This document shows positions 10,021 through 21,945 of a stretch of 41,498 nucleotides of DNA, piece by piece. This stretch comes from Escherichia coli. GTDB taxonomy: Bacteria > Pseudomonadota > Gammaproteobacteria > Enterobacterales > Enterobacteriaceae. Position numbers and translations under genes: made by a program. The notes under the pieces were generated by a model. That model had not been told where the DNA came from, ran no database searches, and saw nothing but the letters and a program-made list of their open reading frames with translations. Location: assembly GCF_003334305.1 (NCBI RefSeq), contig NZ_QOWS01000030.1; one strand, given 5' to 3'. Numbering within the stretch: position 1 is the stretch's first letter; the number at the start of each line of letters is the position of its first letter.

Positions 10021-12654
10021 TCAGGCAAGCCGGTAACTGAACGTCCGTGACTGGCCGGGTAAAAAAGGCCCCGATAGATTTGAACCTTGATTTTCCTCGG
10101 TGGTAATGTGTTCATCCATCATCGTTTCTGAGCAAGAAATCACCTCGCGACTGAAAGCAACAGTCGCATCACAGGTTGCTGATTCAGCCGGATTAAACAG
10201 CCGTAAAATCACTTCTTGTCGGTCTTCAGCTTTCTTAAGTGCGCTTATCAGGCATCCCACTGGGGGCATTTTCAACAAACTATAACTTTCCGGCACGTTG
10301 AATCCGGCTTTGTTGAGCTTCATCGCATCCCATGGGATTTTGTTGTAACACTGTACTGGAGTCAGCCATGCTCGCGCCTGCTGAGCTACACCAGCGGCGG
10401 TTGGCGTACCGGTATAACTCAATAAACTTAGGCGACAAGAAAGCAGACCACGTAGTTGTGAGTCCGGGACTGGCATTTTAATTCCCGAAGGCCGCCCAGG
10501 CCTTAAAAACAGATCTTCTTTGCCCAGTAAGCCCACGCCACGCAGCAACGTAATGGCAAAGGTTTTCTTCTCTTCACCGATGACTTCAAATTCACGTAGC
10601 CCTTCGCTAAAGACAGCCATGCCGTTACGCCCTTCCTGTAAGGCTGCATAGTTGAGCATATTCCATACCGGAACCGGCGCTTCTTTCCAGCCTTCTTGCT
10701 GCCAGTTGTTCATTGCACTGTCGTTCACGGGGCGCGTTAGCGAACCAAACTGGGTATCTGCCAGAACACTATCGGTGTTAAAAGATGTAGGGATCAGGAC
10801 GCGAAGGCGATGATCGTCAGCCTGGTTATCAAGGTTGATATCCACATCAATACGTCTGCTGTTATGACTCAGAGTGACAACCATCTCCACCCCTACTCTG
10901 CCCGTGGATTGCCGGACGCTTCGTTCCAACAAATTGAGCGGCACCGCCATGTCATAGCGGATAACAGCCCTGCTCTGCCAGGCCTCATGAGTAATCTCGC
11001 ATTGCGGTTTCGCTGTTGCAGAAGTCATTACCCACTCTTCTTTTGCGGGTGAATAGTCATATTCATCACCATCATCAGAGCTTTCTTCAATTTGCAACAC
11101 CCGGTCATAGCGCACACCGCTATCTTTATCTACCAGTTGTAGCGTTCCATCCTCATTGAGCGCAATTTGCCAGAAAGCATTTTCCAGTATCCCTTCAGCG
11201 TCACTTTTTGCCGCAATCACGTTGCCAGGCTGATTCGCTTCGATATAAAGCGTGCGATAGCCCATAGAAGGGACAATCTGGTTGATCTGTATATCAAACT
11301 CCATAAAGGGATCGTAATTACCGTAATGAACTATTTGCCGATCGATTAGGCCTGGATCGATCTCACGGGCATGGCGAATAAAATACGGTACAGGCTGACC
11401 GCGATCGTCTCGTAGATTAAACTGGCTGGCGCGCAGCCGCACAGTGGTGTTAATAACTTCTTCCCGCGGCCAGGGCATCAGGTTAAACAGCACGAGTTTG
11501 TCGGCATCACTCTGTGGCATGTTATCGGCAATTTTGCGCATGTAGAAACGCAGCAGATTATCCGCCATGTCTTCAGCCAGTTCGAAGCGGGCGACAATTT
11601 CGCGATGAACTTTGTCACTGCAACAACAACCGATACTGTCGTGGGCATGATTTTTTAAGATCTCTTTCCACATTTTCTCCAGCAAGCCGTGGTGGTATTC
11701 AAAACCCAACGTCCAGGCCAGCGTTGCCAGCGGTTCCAGCAGATTAACAATCTTATTTTCAATACGTGCGTGGGCAATTTTGATATCCATGCGCGTGGAA
11801 CCGATGGTGCGATGTACGCGCATATATTTGCCATCGATAAATTCACCTTTCAGGGTGGCCAGACTTTCACGCTGCGCTTCGATCTTCTCAAATACCTCTT
11901 CAAAGCGGCTCATCACAAACTTACGTTGAGGGTAGATCTCACGTAGCTTATCCATCACTTCGAAGATATTTTGCTGCAATGGCATCTGGTCATGCCCATT
12001 CGGCAGCAAAATCTCTTTGGTTACAGACGCTTTTTCCAGCACGTCAAAATAACTGTCGAGGCGTTTACGTAATCCGTTTTCGTCGGCAGGTAAGTACTTA
12101 CCGATGGCGTAGCCCAGCGGCAGCACCTGCGCCGTCACTTCGCTACCGTCACTGCTTTGCCACAAAAACTCGGTTTTATCAGTACCGTGGCGCTCCGAAC
12201 ATCCGCGCCAGAACATGGTGCGGGTAATGCCAAATCCATTGTAGATATGCGGCAGTTGCCCGGACATGCCAAAGGAATCTGGTAAATAACCTATTTTCAT
12301 CGGCTCGCCAAACGCGAGGCAGTCACGCATTCCGTACATCAGATTACGGACGATGGATTCCGCAGAAACAATCGTGGTATCGGTCTGGGTATACCAGGGG
12401 CCGATAATCAACTTGCCGGCTTCTACCTGTTTCTTCACGCGGTCTTTGTTTTCCGGTTTCACCGCGAAATAATCTTCGAGGATCGCCGTTTGCCCGTCGA
12501 GTACGTAATATTTGTATTCGTTGTCCTGTTCCAGTCGGCACAGGATCTCTTCCATATTATTGACCAGCAGAATGCGTGACTCTTCGGTGGTGAAATACCA
12601 CTCCCGATCCCAATGCATATGCGGGGTGATGTGAACGCGAGATACCGCTTTCAT
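10021..12654 (-). CDS. mngB: Mannosylglycerate hydrolase (alpha-mannosidase, GH38), 877 aa
   Basis: ORF 10021..12654 minus; [38 protein letters not shown]... (GH38 N-terminal HxHxDxxW-type motif). Confidence 0.93.
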   Translation of the reverse strand: MKAVSRVHITPHMHWDREWYFTTEESRILLVNNMEEILCRLEQDNEYKYYVLDGQTAILEDYFAVKPENKDRVKKQVEAGKLIIGPWYTQTDTTIVSAESIVRNLMYGMRDCLAFGEPMKIGYLPDSFGMSGQLPHIYNGFGITRTMFWRGCSERHGTDKTEFLWQSSDGSEVTAQVLPLGYAIGKYLPADENGLRKRLDSYFDVLEKASVTKEILLPNGHDQMPLQQNIFEVMDKLREIYPQRKFVMSRFEEVFEKIEAQRESLATLKGEFIDGKYMRVHRTIGSTRMDIKIAHARIENKIVNLLEPLATLAWTLGFEYHHGLLEKMWKEILKNHAHDSIGCCCSDKVHREIVARFELAEDMADNLLRFYMRKIADNMPQSDADKLVLFNLMPWPREEVINTTVRLRASQFNLRDDRGQPVPYFIRHAREIDPGLIDRQIVHYGNYDPFMEFDIQINQIVPSMGYRTLYIEANQPGNVIAAKSDAEGILENAFWQIALNEDGTLQLVDKDSGVRYDRVLQIEESSDDGDEYDYSPAKEEWVMTSATAKPQCEITHEAWQSRAVIRYDMAVPLNLLERSVRQSTGRVGVEMVVTLSHNSRRIDVDINLDNQADDHRLRVLIPTSFNTDSVLADTQFGSLTRPVNDSAMNNWQQEGWKEAPVPVWNMLNYAALQEGRNGMAVFSEGLREFEVIGEEKKTFAITLLRGVGLLGKEDLFLRPGRPSGIKMPVPDSQLRGLLSCRLSLLSYTGTPTAAGVAQQARAWLTPVQCYNKIPWDAMKLNKAGFNVPESYSLLKMPPVGCLISALKKAEDRQEVILRLFNPAESATCDATVAFSREVISCSETMMDEHITTEENQGSNLSGPFLPGQSRTFSYRLA

Positions 12655-12671
12655 CGTCGTTTCCTTTTTGT

Positions 12672-14648
12672 TTATGGCATTACGCCATCAGTCAGATAGT
12701 TGCCATGCTTAACCGCGTGACGCCGCCAGATCAGGAGAATTGCAGTCGAGATTGCAGCCCCCACCAATGCCGCACCAAACCAGCCAATTGCCGCCATAAC
12801 ACCGCCCGCGCCATTATCATGAAGTAAAAAGAGCGAGAAAATGCCGGCACCGGGTGTCGAAAGGCCGATATTCATCGCACCGACAATAGCGCCCGTTACC
12901 ATAGAGCCCAGCACAAACGAACCAATAACCCGCAGCGGATCTTCAATCGCCATCGGGATCGCCCCTTCGGTAATACCTGCCAGCCCTAACAGCCAGGTGG
13001 ATTTCCCGGTCTCAATTTCAAACTCTTTAAACAGGCGCGGTGCGAGCATCGTGGAAGCGGTTACGGTAAATGCCGAAACCATTTTGACGGAGGCGAAAAT
13101 GGCATACGGGCCGTAAACGCCGTTCGCCATTGCGCCCAGGCAGAATGCATAAGCGGCTTTGTTCACTGGCCCTCCAAGGTCAAAGGAACACATAAAACCG
13201 AGAATGGCACCCAGCAACAGCGCGTTACTTCCTGACAGACCGTTCAGCCAGGCGGTAAGCGAGTTATTGATCCAGGCGACAGGTTCTCCCACCACAAACA
13301 GCATCAGACTGCCCGCTCCCAACGTACCGAGCACCGGGTAGAGATAAAAAGTCAGGAATCCATTGAATTTACTGCTAAGACGCAAGTGATTTTTCACCCA
13401 GCGCATCAAGTAACCGGCTATCAATCCGCCAACGACCGCGCCGAGAAACCCGGAGCCGATCATGTTGGCGGCAAGTCCAGCCGCAAAGCCTGGCGCTAAC
13501 GCCGGTTTATCTGCCAGAGAATAGGCGGTATAGGCCGCGAGCACCGGTACCATCAAAATTCCGAGCAGCCCGCCGCCCAGCTTGCGGTACATCCACAGCC
13601 AGGAGTTTTCTTCATTAAACAGATCTTGTAGCCCGAAGATTTGCGACAGTAATACCGCGACCGCCAGCACCGTGCCCCCCGCGACAATCAACGGTACGGC
13701 AAAAGAGATTCCGCTCAACAGTGCCTGTTTCAGCTCCGTTTTGACACTTTTCACCGGTTGCGTATCTTGCTGTACGGTACGCGTCTCATCGCTACGCTTG
13801 AGGGTAAGCGCTTGTTGGATCAACGCTTCTGCATGGCGAATCGGCTCGGCAACAGGCACTGAAAGCGCGGGAATGCCATTAAAACGCTCACTCTCCTTGA
13901 TGGCGACTTCAGCCGCAAAAATACAGGCGGTTGCACTATTGAGTTGATCCGCCGTTAAACGCCCTTCAATGCCGTTAGCGCCTTGTTTTTCAACGTAAAC
14001 ATTTACGCCGAGTTTGCGTCCGGCTTTTTCCAGATATTCCGCAGCCATATAGGTGTGAGCAATACCCGCCGGACAGGCCGTTACGCAGACGATAGTTGGC
14101 GCGTTGGAAAAAGAGGCAGAAGGTTGCGTGCCTCCCTTGTCATCCAGCGCCGAGAGCAACTCATCAGGCGTCGTCGCCGACTGTATACGCGCCCGAATCT
14201 CATCATCCGCCAGGCGCGTGGTCAGCGCTGTCAGCAGTTGCATATGCGTAGTACCCGCTTCATTGGGGGGAATCGCCAGCAGCACCACTAAATCAACCGC
14301 TTCCGGGCCATCAACGCCTTCCCACTGAAGCGGCTCGCTGAGTGTGGCGACCGCAAACGCCGCTTCTTTTACCGCAGCAGTTTTGCCATGCGGCACAGCC
14401 AACCCTTCACCTAAGGCGGTCGGGCCAAGGCTTTCACGGCGATACACTTCTTCCAGAAATTGCTCAGTACTGGAAATTTTCCCCAGAGCAGCAAGACGTT
14501 GAGTCAACGCGTGGATGGCCTCTTCACGGCTGGTAAAGCGCGCATTCAGACACAACGCATCGCGGTGGGTCAGAGTCGTCAGATTCATCATGATCCTCAC
14601 TTGATCGTTTTTATAGTCGCGCCAGTGTGCCCGATAAAACAATACCAT
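12672..14648 (-). CDS. mngA: PTS 2-O-alpha-mannosyl-D-glycerate-specific EIIABC component, 658 aa
   Basis: ORF 12672..14648 minus; N-terminal EIIA-like region, EIIB cysteine motif ([17 protein letters not shown]) and fructose-type EIIC membrane domain. Confidence 0.9.
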   Translation of the reverse strand: MVLFYRAHWRDYKNDQVRIMMNLTTLTHRDALCLNARFTSREEAIHALTQRLAALGKISSTEQFLEEVYRRESLGPTALGEGLAVPHGKTAAVKEAAFAVATLSEPLQWEGVDGPEAVDLVVLLAIPPNEAGTTHMQLLTALTTRLADDEIRARIQSATTPDELLSALDDKGGTQPSASFSNAPTIVCVTACPAGIAHTYMAAEYLEKAGRKLGVNVYVEKQGANGIEGRLTADQLNSATACIFAAEVAIKESERFNGIPALSVPVAEPIRHAEALIQQALTLKRSDETRTVQQDTQPVKSVKTELKQALLSGISFAVPLIVAGGTVLAVAVLLSQIFGLQDLFNEENSWLWMYRKLGGGLLGILMVPVLAAYTAYSLADKPALAPGFAAGLAANMIGSGFLGAVVGGLIAGYLMRWVKNHLRLSSKFNGFLTFYLYPVLGTLGAGSLMLFVVGEPVAWINNSLTAWLNGLSGSNALLLGAILGFMCSFDLGGPVNKAAYAFCLGAMANGVYGPYAIFASVKMVSAFTVTASTMLAPRLFKEFEIETGKSTWLLGLAGITEGAIPMAIEDPLRVIGSFVLGSMVTGAIVGAMNIGLSTPGAGIFSLFLLHDNGAGGVMAAIGWFGAALVGAAISTAILLIWRRHAVKHGNYLTDGVMP

Positions 14649-14756
14649 TATGTGATCAATTTCACTTGATTGAAATTATTTGTATTGTATTTGTATTATT
14701 TACAGGATGAATTTATCGGGCATAATGGCTAAATTCGTATTAATGAGATACTAAAA
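14649..14756. promoter_or_regulatory. Divergent mngA/mngR promoter-operator region with direct and inverted repeats
   Basis: Inverted repeat AATTTCA-N6-TGAAATT within tgatcaatttcacttgattgaaatt (14653..14677) and direct repeats tgtattgtatttgtatta (14681..14698); candidate MngR (GntR family) operators. Confidence 0.45.
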
Positions 14757-15479
14757 ATGGGACACAAGCCCTTATACCGGCAGATTGCCGATCGCATTCG
14801 TGAACAAATTGCGCGTGGCGAGCTTAAACCTGGCGATGCGTTACCTACCGAATCGGCATTACAAACAGAGTTTGGCGTCAGCCGGGTTACGGTGCGTCAG
14901 GCTTTGCGCCAGTTAGTCGAGCAACAGATCCTCGAAAGCATTCAGGGCAGCGGGACTTACGTCAAAGAAGAGCGGGTCAATTACGATATTTTTCAGTTAA
15001 CCAGTTTTGATGAAAAACTGTCGGACCGTCACGTCGATACACACAGTGAAGTCCTGATATTTGAAGTGATTCCGGCTGACGATTTTCTTCAGCAACAGCT
15101 ACAAATCACCGCGCAGGATCGTGTGTGGCATGTGAAGCGCGTGCGCTATCGCAAGCAAAAGCCAATGGCGCTGGAAGAAACCTGGATGCCGCTTGCGTTG
15201 TTCCCGGATCTCACCTGGCAGGTCATGGAAAATTCAAAATATCACTTTATTGAAGAAGTGAAGAAAATGGTTATCGATCGTAGCGAACAGGAAATCATTC
15301 CTCTGATGCCAACCGAAGAGATGAGCCGTCTGCTTAATATCAGCCAGACAAAGCCGATTCTTGAAAAAGTATCGCGTGGATATTTAGTTGATGGTCGGGT
15401 GTTTGAATATAGCCGCAACGCTTTTAATACCGATGACTATAAATTTACCCTGATAGCGCAACGAAAATCATCGCGATAA
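14757..15479 (+). CDS. mngR: GntR/HutC-family transcriptional regulator MngR (FarR), 240 aa
   Basis: ORF 14757..15479 plus; MGHKPLYRQIADRIREQIARGELKPGDALPTESALQTEFGVSRVTVRQAL (wHTH GntR N-terminus) plus UTRA effector domain. Confidence 0.93.
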   Translation: MGHKPLYRQIADRIREQIARGELKPGDALPTESALQTEFGVSRVTVRQALRQLVEQQILESIQGSGTYVKEERVNYDIFQLTSFDEKLSDRHVDTHSEVLIFEVIPADDFLQQQLQITAQDRVWHVKRVRYRKQKPMALEETWMPLALFPDLTWQVMENSKYHFIEEVKKMVIDRSEQEIIPLMPTEEMSRLLNISQTKPILEKVSRGYLVDGRVFEYSRNAFNTDDYKFTLIAQRKSSR

Positions 15480-15480
15480 G

Positions 15481-15507
15481 CACAAAAAAGGCCATCATAC
15501 GATGGCC
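15481..15507 (-). terminator. Rho-independent terminator of the sdh-suc operon downstream of sucD
   Basis: Stem GGCCATC(15490..15496) / GATGGCC(15501..15507), 4-nt loop; on the minus strand the hairpin is followed by TTTTTTGTG (plus-strand A-run 15484..15489). Confidence 0.7.
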
Positions 15508-15582
15508 AACCATGTCGAAACCGACAGCCCTTCGCCATTCCTGTAGAGGGAAGCGGCGAGGGCTATTTCTTATTACAGATAT
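15482..15582 (-). ncRNA. sdhX: Probable SdhX (RybD) 3'UTR-derived sRNA locus
   Basis: About 100 nt between the sucD stop (15583) and the terminator hairpin, the reported position of the SdhX sRNA processed from the sdhCDAB-sucABCD transcript. Coordinates are approximate; the 5' processing site cannot be read from sequence. Confidence 0.5.
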
Positions 15583-16452
15583 TTATTTCAGAACAGTTTT
15601 CAGTGCTTCACCGATATCCGCCAGGCTGCGAACGGTTTTCACGCCTGCGGCTTCCAGAGCAGCAAATTTCTCATCCGCAGTCCCTTTCCCACCGGCAATG
15701 ATGGCACCCGCGTGGCCCATACGTTTGCCTTTCGGCGCAGTCACACCAGCGATGTAACCCACAACTGGCTTGGTAACATGCTCTTTGATGTACGCTGCCG
15801 CTTCTTCTTCAGCGCTACCGCCGATCTCACCGATCATTACGATCGCTTCGGTCTGCGGATCTTTTTCGAACATTTCGAGAATGTCGATAAAGTTAGAGCC
15901 AGGGATCGGGTCACCGCCGATACCAACACAGGTCGACTGACCGAAACCGTAATCCGTGGTCTGTTTAACCGCTTCATAGGTCAGTGTACCGGAACGGGAA
16001 ACGATACCCACTTTACCCGGTTTGTGAATGTGACCCGGCTGGATACCGATTTTGCATTCACCCGGAGTGATAACGCCCGGGCAGTTCGGGCCGATCATAC
16101 GAACGCCGGCTTCGTCCAGTTTCACTTTCACAGTCAGCATATCCAGCGTCGGGATGCCTTCAGTGATGGTGATAATCAGTTTGATGCCTGCATCAATAGC
16201 TTCCAGAATGGAGTCTTTGCAGAACGGTGCTGGTACGTAGATAACAGAAGCGGTAGCGCCAGTAGCAGCAACAGCTTCACGCACGGTGTTGAACACCGGC
16301 AGGCCGAGGTGGGTAGTACCGCCTTTACCTGGGGTTACGCCGCCAACCATTTTAGTGCCGTATGCAATGGCCTGTTCTGAGTGGAAAGTCCCCTGGCTAC
16401 CAGTAAAGCCCTGGCAGATAACCTTGGTGTTTTTATCAATTAAAATGGACAT
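15583..16452 (-). CDS. sucD: Succinyl-CoA synthetase alpha subunit, 289 aa
   Basis: ORF 15583..16452 minus; [45 protein letters not shown]...; start overlaps the sucC stop by 1 nt. Confidence 0.97.
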
Positions 16453-17618
16453 TATTTCCCCTCCACTGCGGCAACAACCTGCTGAGCTGCATCCGTCAGA
16501 CCTTTTGCTGCAATAATATTCAGGCCGCTGTCAGCCAGTTTCTTCGCGCCGAGTTCGGCGTTGTTACCTTCCAGACGTACCACGACCGGTACGTTAACAC
16601 CCACTTCTGCTACCGCGCCGATGATACCGTCAGCGATCAGGTCGCAACGAACGATACCGCCGAAGATGTTAACCAGAACGGCTTTCACTTTGTCGTCAGA
16701 GAGGATGATTTTGAACGCTTCGGTTACACGTTCTTTGGTTGCGCCGCCGCCAACGTCAAGGAAGTTAGCCGGTTCGCCGCCGTGCAGTTTAACGATGTCC
16801 ATCGTACCCATCGCCAGACCTGCGCCGTTAACCATACAACCGATGTTACCGTCCAGCGCAACGTAGTTCAGTTCCCACTGTGCAGCCTGTGCTTCACGCG
16901 GATCTTCCTGCGACTGGTCACGCATTTCGCGCAGATCAGGCTGGCGGAACAGTGCGTTGCCGTCAGCGCCCAGTTTGCCGTCGAGGCAAATCAGATCGCC
17001 CTGTTTGGTGATGACCAGCGGGTTGATTTCGATCAACGCCAGGTCGCGCTCCAGGAAAATGGTCGCCAGGCCCATGAAGATTTTGGTGAACTGCTGAACC
17101 AGTTTACCTTCCAGACCCAGTTTGAACGCCAGCTCGCGTCCCTGATACGGCATCGGGCCTGTCAGCGGATCAAGCGCAACTTTATGGATCAGGTGCGGAG
17201 TTTCTTCCGCCACTTTTTCGATTTCCACGCCGCCTTCGGTGGAGGCCATAAAGACCACGCGACGGGAACTACGGTCTACAACGGCACCGAGATACAGCTC
17301 TTTAGCGATATCGGTCGCTGCTTCAACCAGAATCTGGTTAACCGGTTGGCCATTGGCATCTGTTTGATACGTTACCAGACGCTTGCCGAGCCAGTTTTCT
17401 GCAAAAGCACGGATGTCTTCTTTGCTGTTTACAACTTTCACACCGCCCGCTTTACCGCGGCCACCAGCGTGAACCTGACATTTCACTACCCACGGGCCGG
17501 CACCGATTTTTGAAGCGGCTTCTTCTGCTTCGCGCGGAGTAGTACAGGCATAACCCACCGGTGCTGGTAAGCCATAGCGGGCAAAAAGTTGTTTTGCCTG
17601 ATATTCATGTAAGTTCAT
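16452..17618 (-). CDS. sucC: Succinyl-CoA synthetase beta subunit, 388 aa
   Basis: ORF 16452..17618 minus; [60 protein letters not shown]... Confidence 0.97.
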
Positions 17619-17658
17619 GTGTTCTGTCCATCCTTCAGTAATCGTTATCTTTTAAACC

Positions 17659-17689
17659 GTAGACCGACACCCTATCCACGTCGGTCTAC
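17659..17689 (-). other. Stable stem-loop in the sucB-sucC intergenic region (possible mRNA processing or stability element)
   Basis: Perfect 10-bp inverted repeat GTAGACCGAC(17659..17668) / GTCGGTCTAC(17680..17689) with an 11-nt loop; no adjacent U-tract, so not a typical intrinsic terminator. Confidence 0.5.
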
Positions 17690-17711
17690 AGTGCAGGTGA
17701 AGCTTAAACTA

Positions 17712-18929
17712 CTACACGTCCAGCAGCAGACGCGTCGGATCTTCCAGCAACTCTTTGATCGTTACCAGGAAGCCCACGGATTCGCGACCATCGATCAGAC
17801 GGTGATCGTAGGACAGCGCCAGGTACATCATCGGCAGGATCTCAACCTGACCATTCACCGCCATCGGACGATCTTTGATAGCGTGCATACCCAGAATTGC
17901 GCTCTGCGGCGGGTTGATGATCGGCGTAGACATCAGGGAACCGAACACACCACCGTTGGTGATGGTGAAGTTACCACCGGTCAGATCTTCAACGGTCAGC
18001 TTGCCGTCACGGCCTTTGACTGCCAGCTCTTTGATTTTCTTCTCGATGTCTGCCATGCCGAGGGTATCGACATCACGCAGTACCGGTGTCACCAGGCCGC
18101 GCGGCGTAGAAACCGCCATGCTGACGTCGAAATAGTTGTGGTAAACCACGTCATCGCCGTCGATAGACGCGTTCACTTCCGGGTAACGTTTCAGGGCTTC
18201 AACCACCGCTTTCACGTAGAAGGACATAAAGCCCAGACGGATGCCGTGGCGTTTTTCAAACGCTTCACCGTACTGCTTACGCAGATCCATAATCGGCTTC
18301 ATGTTGACTTCGTTGAACGTGGTCAGCATGGCGGTGGAGTTTTTCGCTTCCAGCAGACGCTCTGCCACACGCTTACGCAGGCGAGTCATCGGGACACGTT
18401 TTTCACTACGTGCAGCCAGAGCCGGTTGCGCCGCCGGAGCAGCCGCTGCCGGAGCAGACTCTTTCGCCGGGGCTTTCGCCAGATGTTTTTCCACATCTTC
18501 ACGAGTCAGACGACCACCCACACCGGTGCCTTTAATGGCGCTGGCGTCGAGATTGTGTTCAGCCAGCAGGCGACGGATCGCCGGGCTTAACGCATCGTTG
18601 TTTTGCTCTTCCAGAGATGCCTGCTGGCGTTGCGCCGGAGTGGACGCTTTCTCTTCAGATTTGGCGCTGGTTTCTTTACCGGCGCTGTTGCCTTCACGCA
18701 GGCGACCAAGGATCTGACGAGACGTTACCGTTGTACCTTCATCTTCCAGAACCGCATCCAGAATGCCGTCTGCTGATGCCGGTACTTCCAGTACCACTTT
18801 GTCAGTTTCGATTTCTACCAGCACTTCATCACGTACGACTGCGTCGCCGGGTTTTTTATGCCAGGTTGCGACGGTGGCATCGGCTACGGATTCAGGCAGG
18901 TCAGGGACCAGAATATCTACGCTACTCAT
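17712..18929 (-). CDS. sucB: 2-oxoglutarate dehydrogenase E2 (dihydrolipoyllysine-residue succinyltransferase), 405 aa
   Basis: ORF 17712..18929 minus; [51 protein letters not shown] (lipoyl domain) and catalytic domain with the DHRLIDG motif. Confidence 0.97.
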
Positions 18930-18943
18930 TGTGTATCCTTTAT

Positions 18944-21745
18944 TTATTCGACGTTCAGCGCGTCATTAACCAGATCTTGTTGCTGTTTCTGGTGAACGGA
19001 CATATACCCTACCGCCGGAGAGGCGGAGGCCGGGCGGCCTGCATAACGCAGAGAAGCCCCAAACGGAATCACTTCACGGAAATGATGCTGGCTGCAGTAC
19101 CATGCGCCCTGGTTGAGCGGCTCTTCCTGGCACCAGACAAAATCCTTGACGTGAGCAAACTGCTGCAACACTTCCTGCATCGCTTTATGCGGGAACGGGT
19201 AGAGTTGCTCGATACGCACAATGGCGACATCGTGTTGATTGTTCTTACGACGCTGTTCCAGCAGGTCGTAATAAACCTTACCAGAACACATCACTACGCG
19301 CTTCACGCCCTTCGGATCAAGCTCGTCGATTTCACCGATGGCTGGCAGGAAGGTGCCGTTCGCCAGTTCTTCGAGGCTGGAAACCGCCAGCGGATGACGC
19401 AGCAGGGATTTCGGCGACATCACGACCAGCGGACGACGCATCCCGCGCAGCGCCTGACGACGCAGCATGTGGTAAACCTGTGCCGGGGTAGACGGTACGC
19501 AAACCTGCATGTTTTGCTCAGCACAAAGTTGCAGATAACGTTCCAGACGCGCGGAGGAGTGCTCCGGCCCCTGCCCTTCGTAACCGTGCGGCAGCAACAT
19601 CACCAGACCACACATCCGGCCCCATTTCTGCTCGCCAGAGGAGATGAACTGGTCGATAACCACCTGCGCACCGTTGGCGAAGTCACCGAACTGCGCTTCC
19701 CAGATGGTCAGGGTGCGTGGTTCTGCGGTGGCATAACCGTATTCAAACGCCAGCACTGCTTCTTCAGACAGTACGGAGTCCCAAACACGGAACGCGCCCT
19801 GGCCGTTATGGATGTGTTGCAGCGGCGTGTAAGTGGAACCGTTAGACTGGTTGTGGATCACCGCGTGGCGGTGGAAGAAGGTACCGCGACCGGAGTCTTC
19901 ACCCGACAGGCGAACCGGAATGCCTTCGTCAACCAGCGTGGCGTAAGCGAGGTTTTCCGCGCCGCCCCAGTCGAACAGTTTCTCACCGGCAGCCATCGCC
20001 TGGCGATCGCCATAAATCTTGGCAACGCGAGACTGCATTTCAACCGCTTCCGGCACCGTGCTGATGCGTTTAGCCAGTTCCTGCAGGCGCTTCATCTCAA
20101 CTTTGTTCGGGTACTCTTCGTCCCATTCGTGGTTGAGGTACGGCGACCAGGTGAAAGAGTGCATGTTCATCGGACGCCACTCTGCTACCACGCAATCGCC
20201 AGCATCCAGCGCATCGCGGTACAGGTTAACCATCTCGGTGGCATCTTCCAGCGTCGCCACTTTTTCCTGCTCCAGCTTGTCAGCGTAGATTTTGCGCGGT
20301 GTCGGATGTTTTTTGATTTTCTGATACATCAGCGGCTGGGTTGCGCTCGGCTCGTCGGCTTCGTTGTGGCCGTGACGGCGGTAGCATACCAGGTCGATGA
20401 AGACATCACGTTTAAAGGTGTTACGGAAATCGAGCGCCAGACGGGTCACAAAGGCAACGGCTTCCGGATCGTCCGCGTTAACGTGGAAAATCGGTGCCTG
20501 AACCATCTTGCCGATATCAGTACAGTACGGCGTAGAACGGGCATCCAGCGGATTAGAGGTGGTGAAACCAACCTGGTTGTTGATAACGATACGTACCGTA
20601 CCGCCAACTTCATAACCACGCGCTTTCGACATGTTCAGGGTTTCCTGAACCACGCCCTGTCCGGTCACTGCGGCGTCACCGTGGATGGTAATTGGCAGCA
20701 CTTTGTTGCTGCTCGGCTCATCAAGTCTGTCCAGACGGGCACGAACAGAGCCGATAACGACCGGGCTTACAATCTCAAGGTGAGACGGGTTAAACGCCAG
20801 CGCCAGGTGCACCAGGCCGCCATCGGTCTGGAAGTCAGACGAGAAGCCCATGTGGTATTTCACGTCACCCGTGCCGAGGTGTTCTTTATGTTTACCGGCA
20901 AACTCGTCGAACAAGTCTTGCGGTTTTTTACCCAGCACGTTCACCAACACGTTCAGACGACCACGGTGCGCCATCCCGAGAACCACTTCCCGGGTGCCGC
21001 TGTTGCCAGCGTGGCGGATCATCTCTTTAAGCATCGGGATTAACGCGTCACCGCCTTCCAGCGAGAAGCGTTTTGCGCCAGGGAATTTTGCGCCGAGGTA
21101 ACGTTCAAGGCCTTCAGCGGCGGTCAGTTCGCTTAAGAAGCGTTTTTTCTCTTCGCTATTGAAAGTCGCGCGACCAGACTCGATACGCTGTTGGATCCAG
21201 CGTTTTTCTTCGGTGCTGGTAATGTGCATATACTCGGCACCAATCGGGCCGCAGTAGGTTTGCTTGAGGGCTTCCAGCAGCTCGCCGAGTTTCATGGTTT
21301 CTTTGCCGCTGGCAAATGAACCGACGTTGAAGGTCTCCTGGAAGTCTGCTTCGGTCAGATCGTGGAAAGACGGATCCAGATCGGCCACTTTATCTTGCTG
21401 CCACAGTCCCAGCGGATCGAGATTCGCATGCTGGTGACCACGGAAGCGGTATGCGTTAATGAGCTGCAGGACTTTAACCTGCTTTACATTGGTGTCAGGG
21501 TCGGAGATCGTTGAAGAGTAACGTGAAGCGTCTTTCGCCAGGCGGCGGAAATATTCACGCGTTTGAGAGTGGAATTGATCCGGTTTGACTCCCGTACCAG
21601 GTAACTGCTGGAACGTCGAACGCCAGTTAGCGTCAACCGAGTCAGGATCGGTTAAGAAGTCTTCATAGAGCTGTTCTATCCAGCTCTGGTTTGCGCCAGA
21701 GAGGTAAGAAGAGTCCAACCAGGCTTTCAAAGCGCTGTTCTGCAT
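18944..21745 (-). CDS. sucA: 2-oxoglutarate dehydrogenase E1 component, 933 aa
   Basis: ORF 18944..21745 minus; [50 protein letters not shown]... Confidence 0.97.
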   Translation of the reverse strand: MQNSALKAWLDSSYLSGANQSWIEQLYEDFLTDPDSVDANWRSTFQQLPGTGVKPDQFHSQTREYFRRLAKDASRYSSTISDPDTNVKQVKVLQLINAYRFRGHQHANLDPLGLWQQDKVADLDPSFHDLTEADFQETFNVGSFASGKETMKLGELLEALKQTYCGPIGAEYMHITSTEEKRWIQQRIESGRATFNSEEKKRFLSELTAAEGLERYLGAKFPGAKRFSLEGGDALIPMLKEMIRHAGNSGTREVVLGMAHRGRLNVLVNVLGKKPQDLFDEFAGKHKEHLGTGDVKYHMGFSSDFQTDGGLVHLALAFNPSHLEIVSPVVIGSVRARLDRLDEPSSNKVLPITIHGDAAVTGQGVVQETLNMSKARGYEVGGTVRIVINNQVGFTTSNPLDARSTPYCTDIGKMVQAPIFHVNADDPEAVAFVTRLALDFRNTFKRDVFIDLVCYRRHGHNEADEPSATQPLMYQKIKKHPTPRKIYADKLEQEKVATLEDATEMVNLYRDALDAGDCVVAEWRPMNMHSFTWSPYLNHEWDEEYPNKVEMKRLQELAKRISTVPEAVEMQSRVAKIYGDRQAMAAGEKLFDWGGAENLAYATLVDEGIPVRLSGEDSGRGTFFHRHAVIHNQSNGSTYTPLQHIHNGQGAFRVWDSVLSEEAVLAFEYGYATAEPRTLTIWEAQFGDFANGAQVVIDQFISSGEQKWGRMCGLVMLLPHGYEGQGPEHSSARLERYLQLCAEQNMQVCVPSTPAQVYHMLRRQALRGMRRPLVVMSPKSLLRHPLAVSSLEELANGTFLPAIGEIDELDPKGVKRVVMCSGKVYYDLLEQRRKNNQHDVAIVRIEQLYPFPHKAMQEVLQQFAHVKDFVWCQEEPLNQGAWYCSQHHFREVIPFGASLRYAGRPASASPAVGYMSVHQKQQQDLVNDALNVE

Positions 21746-21795
21746 CGTGATCCCTTAAGCATCTTTTTTATGCTTACTTCGCCGTGGATACTACC

Positions 21796-21933
21796 ACGCA
21801 CAGTTATGTGCGTGCCGGGGTTCACTTGCGAGCTCTTGTCTACGTAGTGGCTCGCGAAGGAACCTTTAAAAACTGTCTTAGTGTCAGGGGCAGTTTTTAA
21901 AGATTTCCTGAATAGCCGGGGGATTTCCCCGGC
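21796..21933 (-). promoter_or_regulatory. Cluster of at least three stem-loops in the sdhB-sucA intergenic region (the region of the reported internal suc promoter)
   Basis: Inverted repeats read from sequence: ACGCACA-gtta-TGTGCGT (21796..21813); CTTTAAAAACTG ... CAGTTTTTAAAG (21864..21902); GCCGGGG-gattt-CCCCGGC (21915..21933); plus a weaker CTTGCGAGC/GCTCGCGAAG pair at ~21824..21859. Confidence 0.5.
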
Positions 21934-21945
21934 ATCAACATTTAA

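Noticed and set aside
18617-21043. 808-aa ORF on the plus strand, antisense to sucA
   Set aside because: Entirely inside the well-supported sucA CDS on the opposite strand; translation is low-complexity and R/H/Q-rich with no recognisable domain. Long antisense ORFs are a common artefact of codon bias in GC-rich highly expressed genes.
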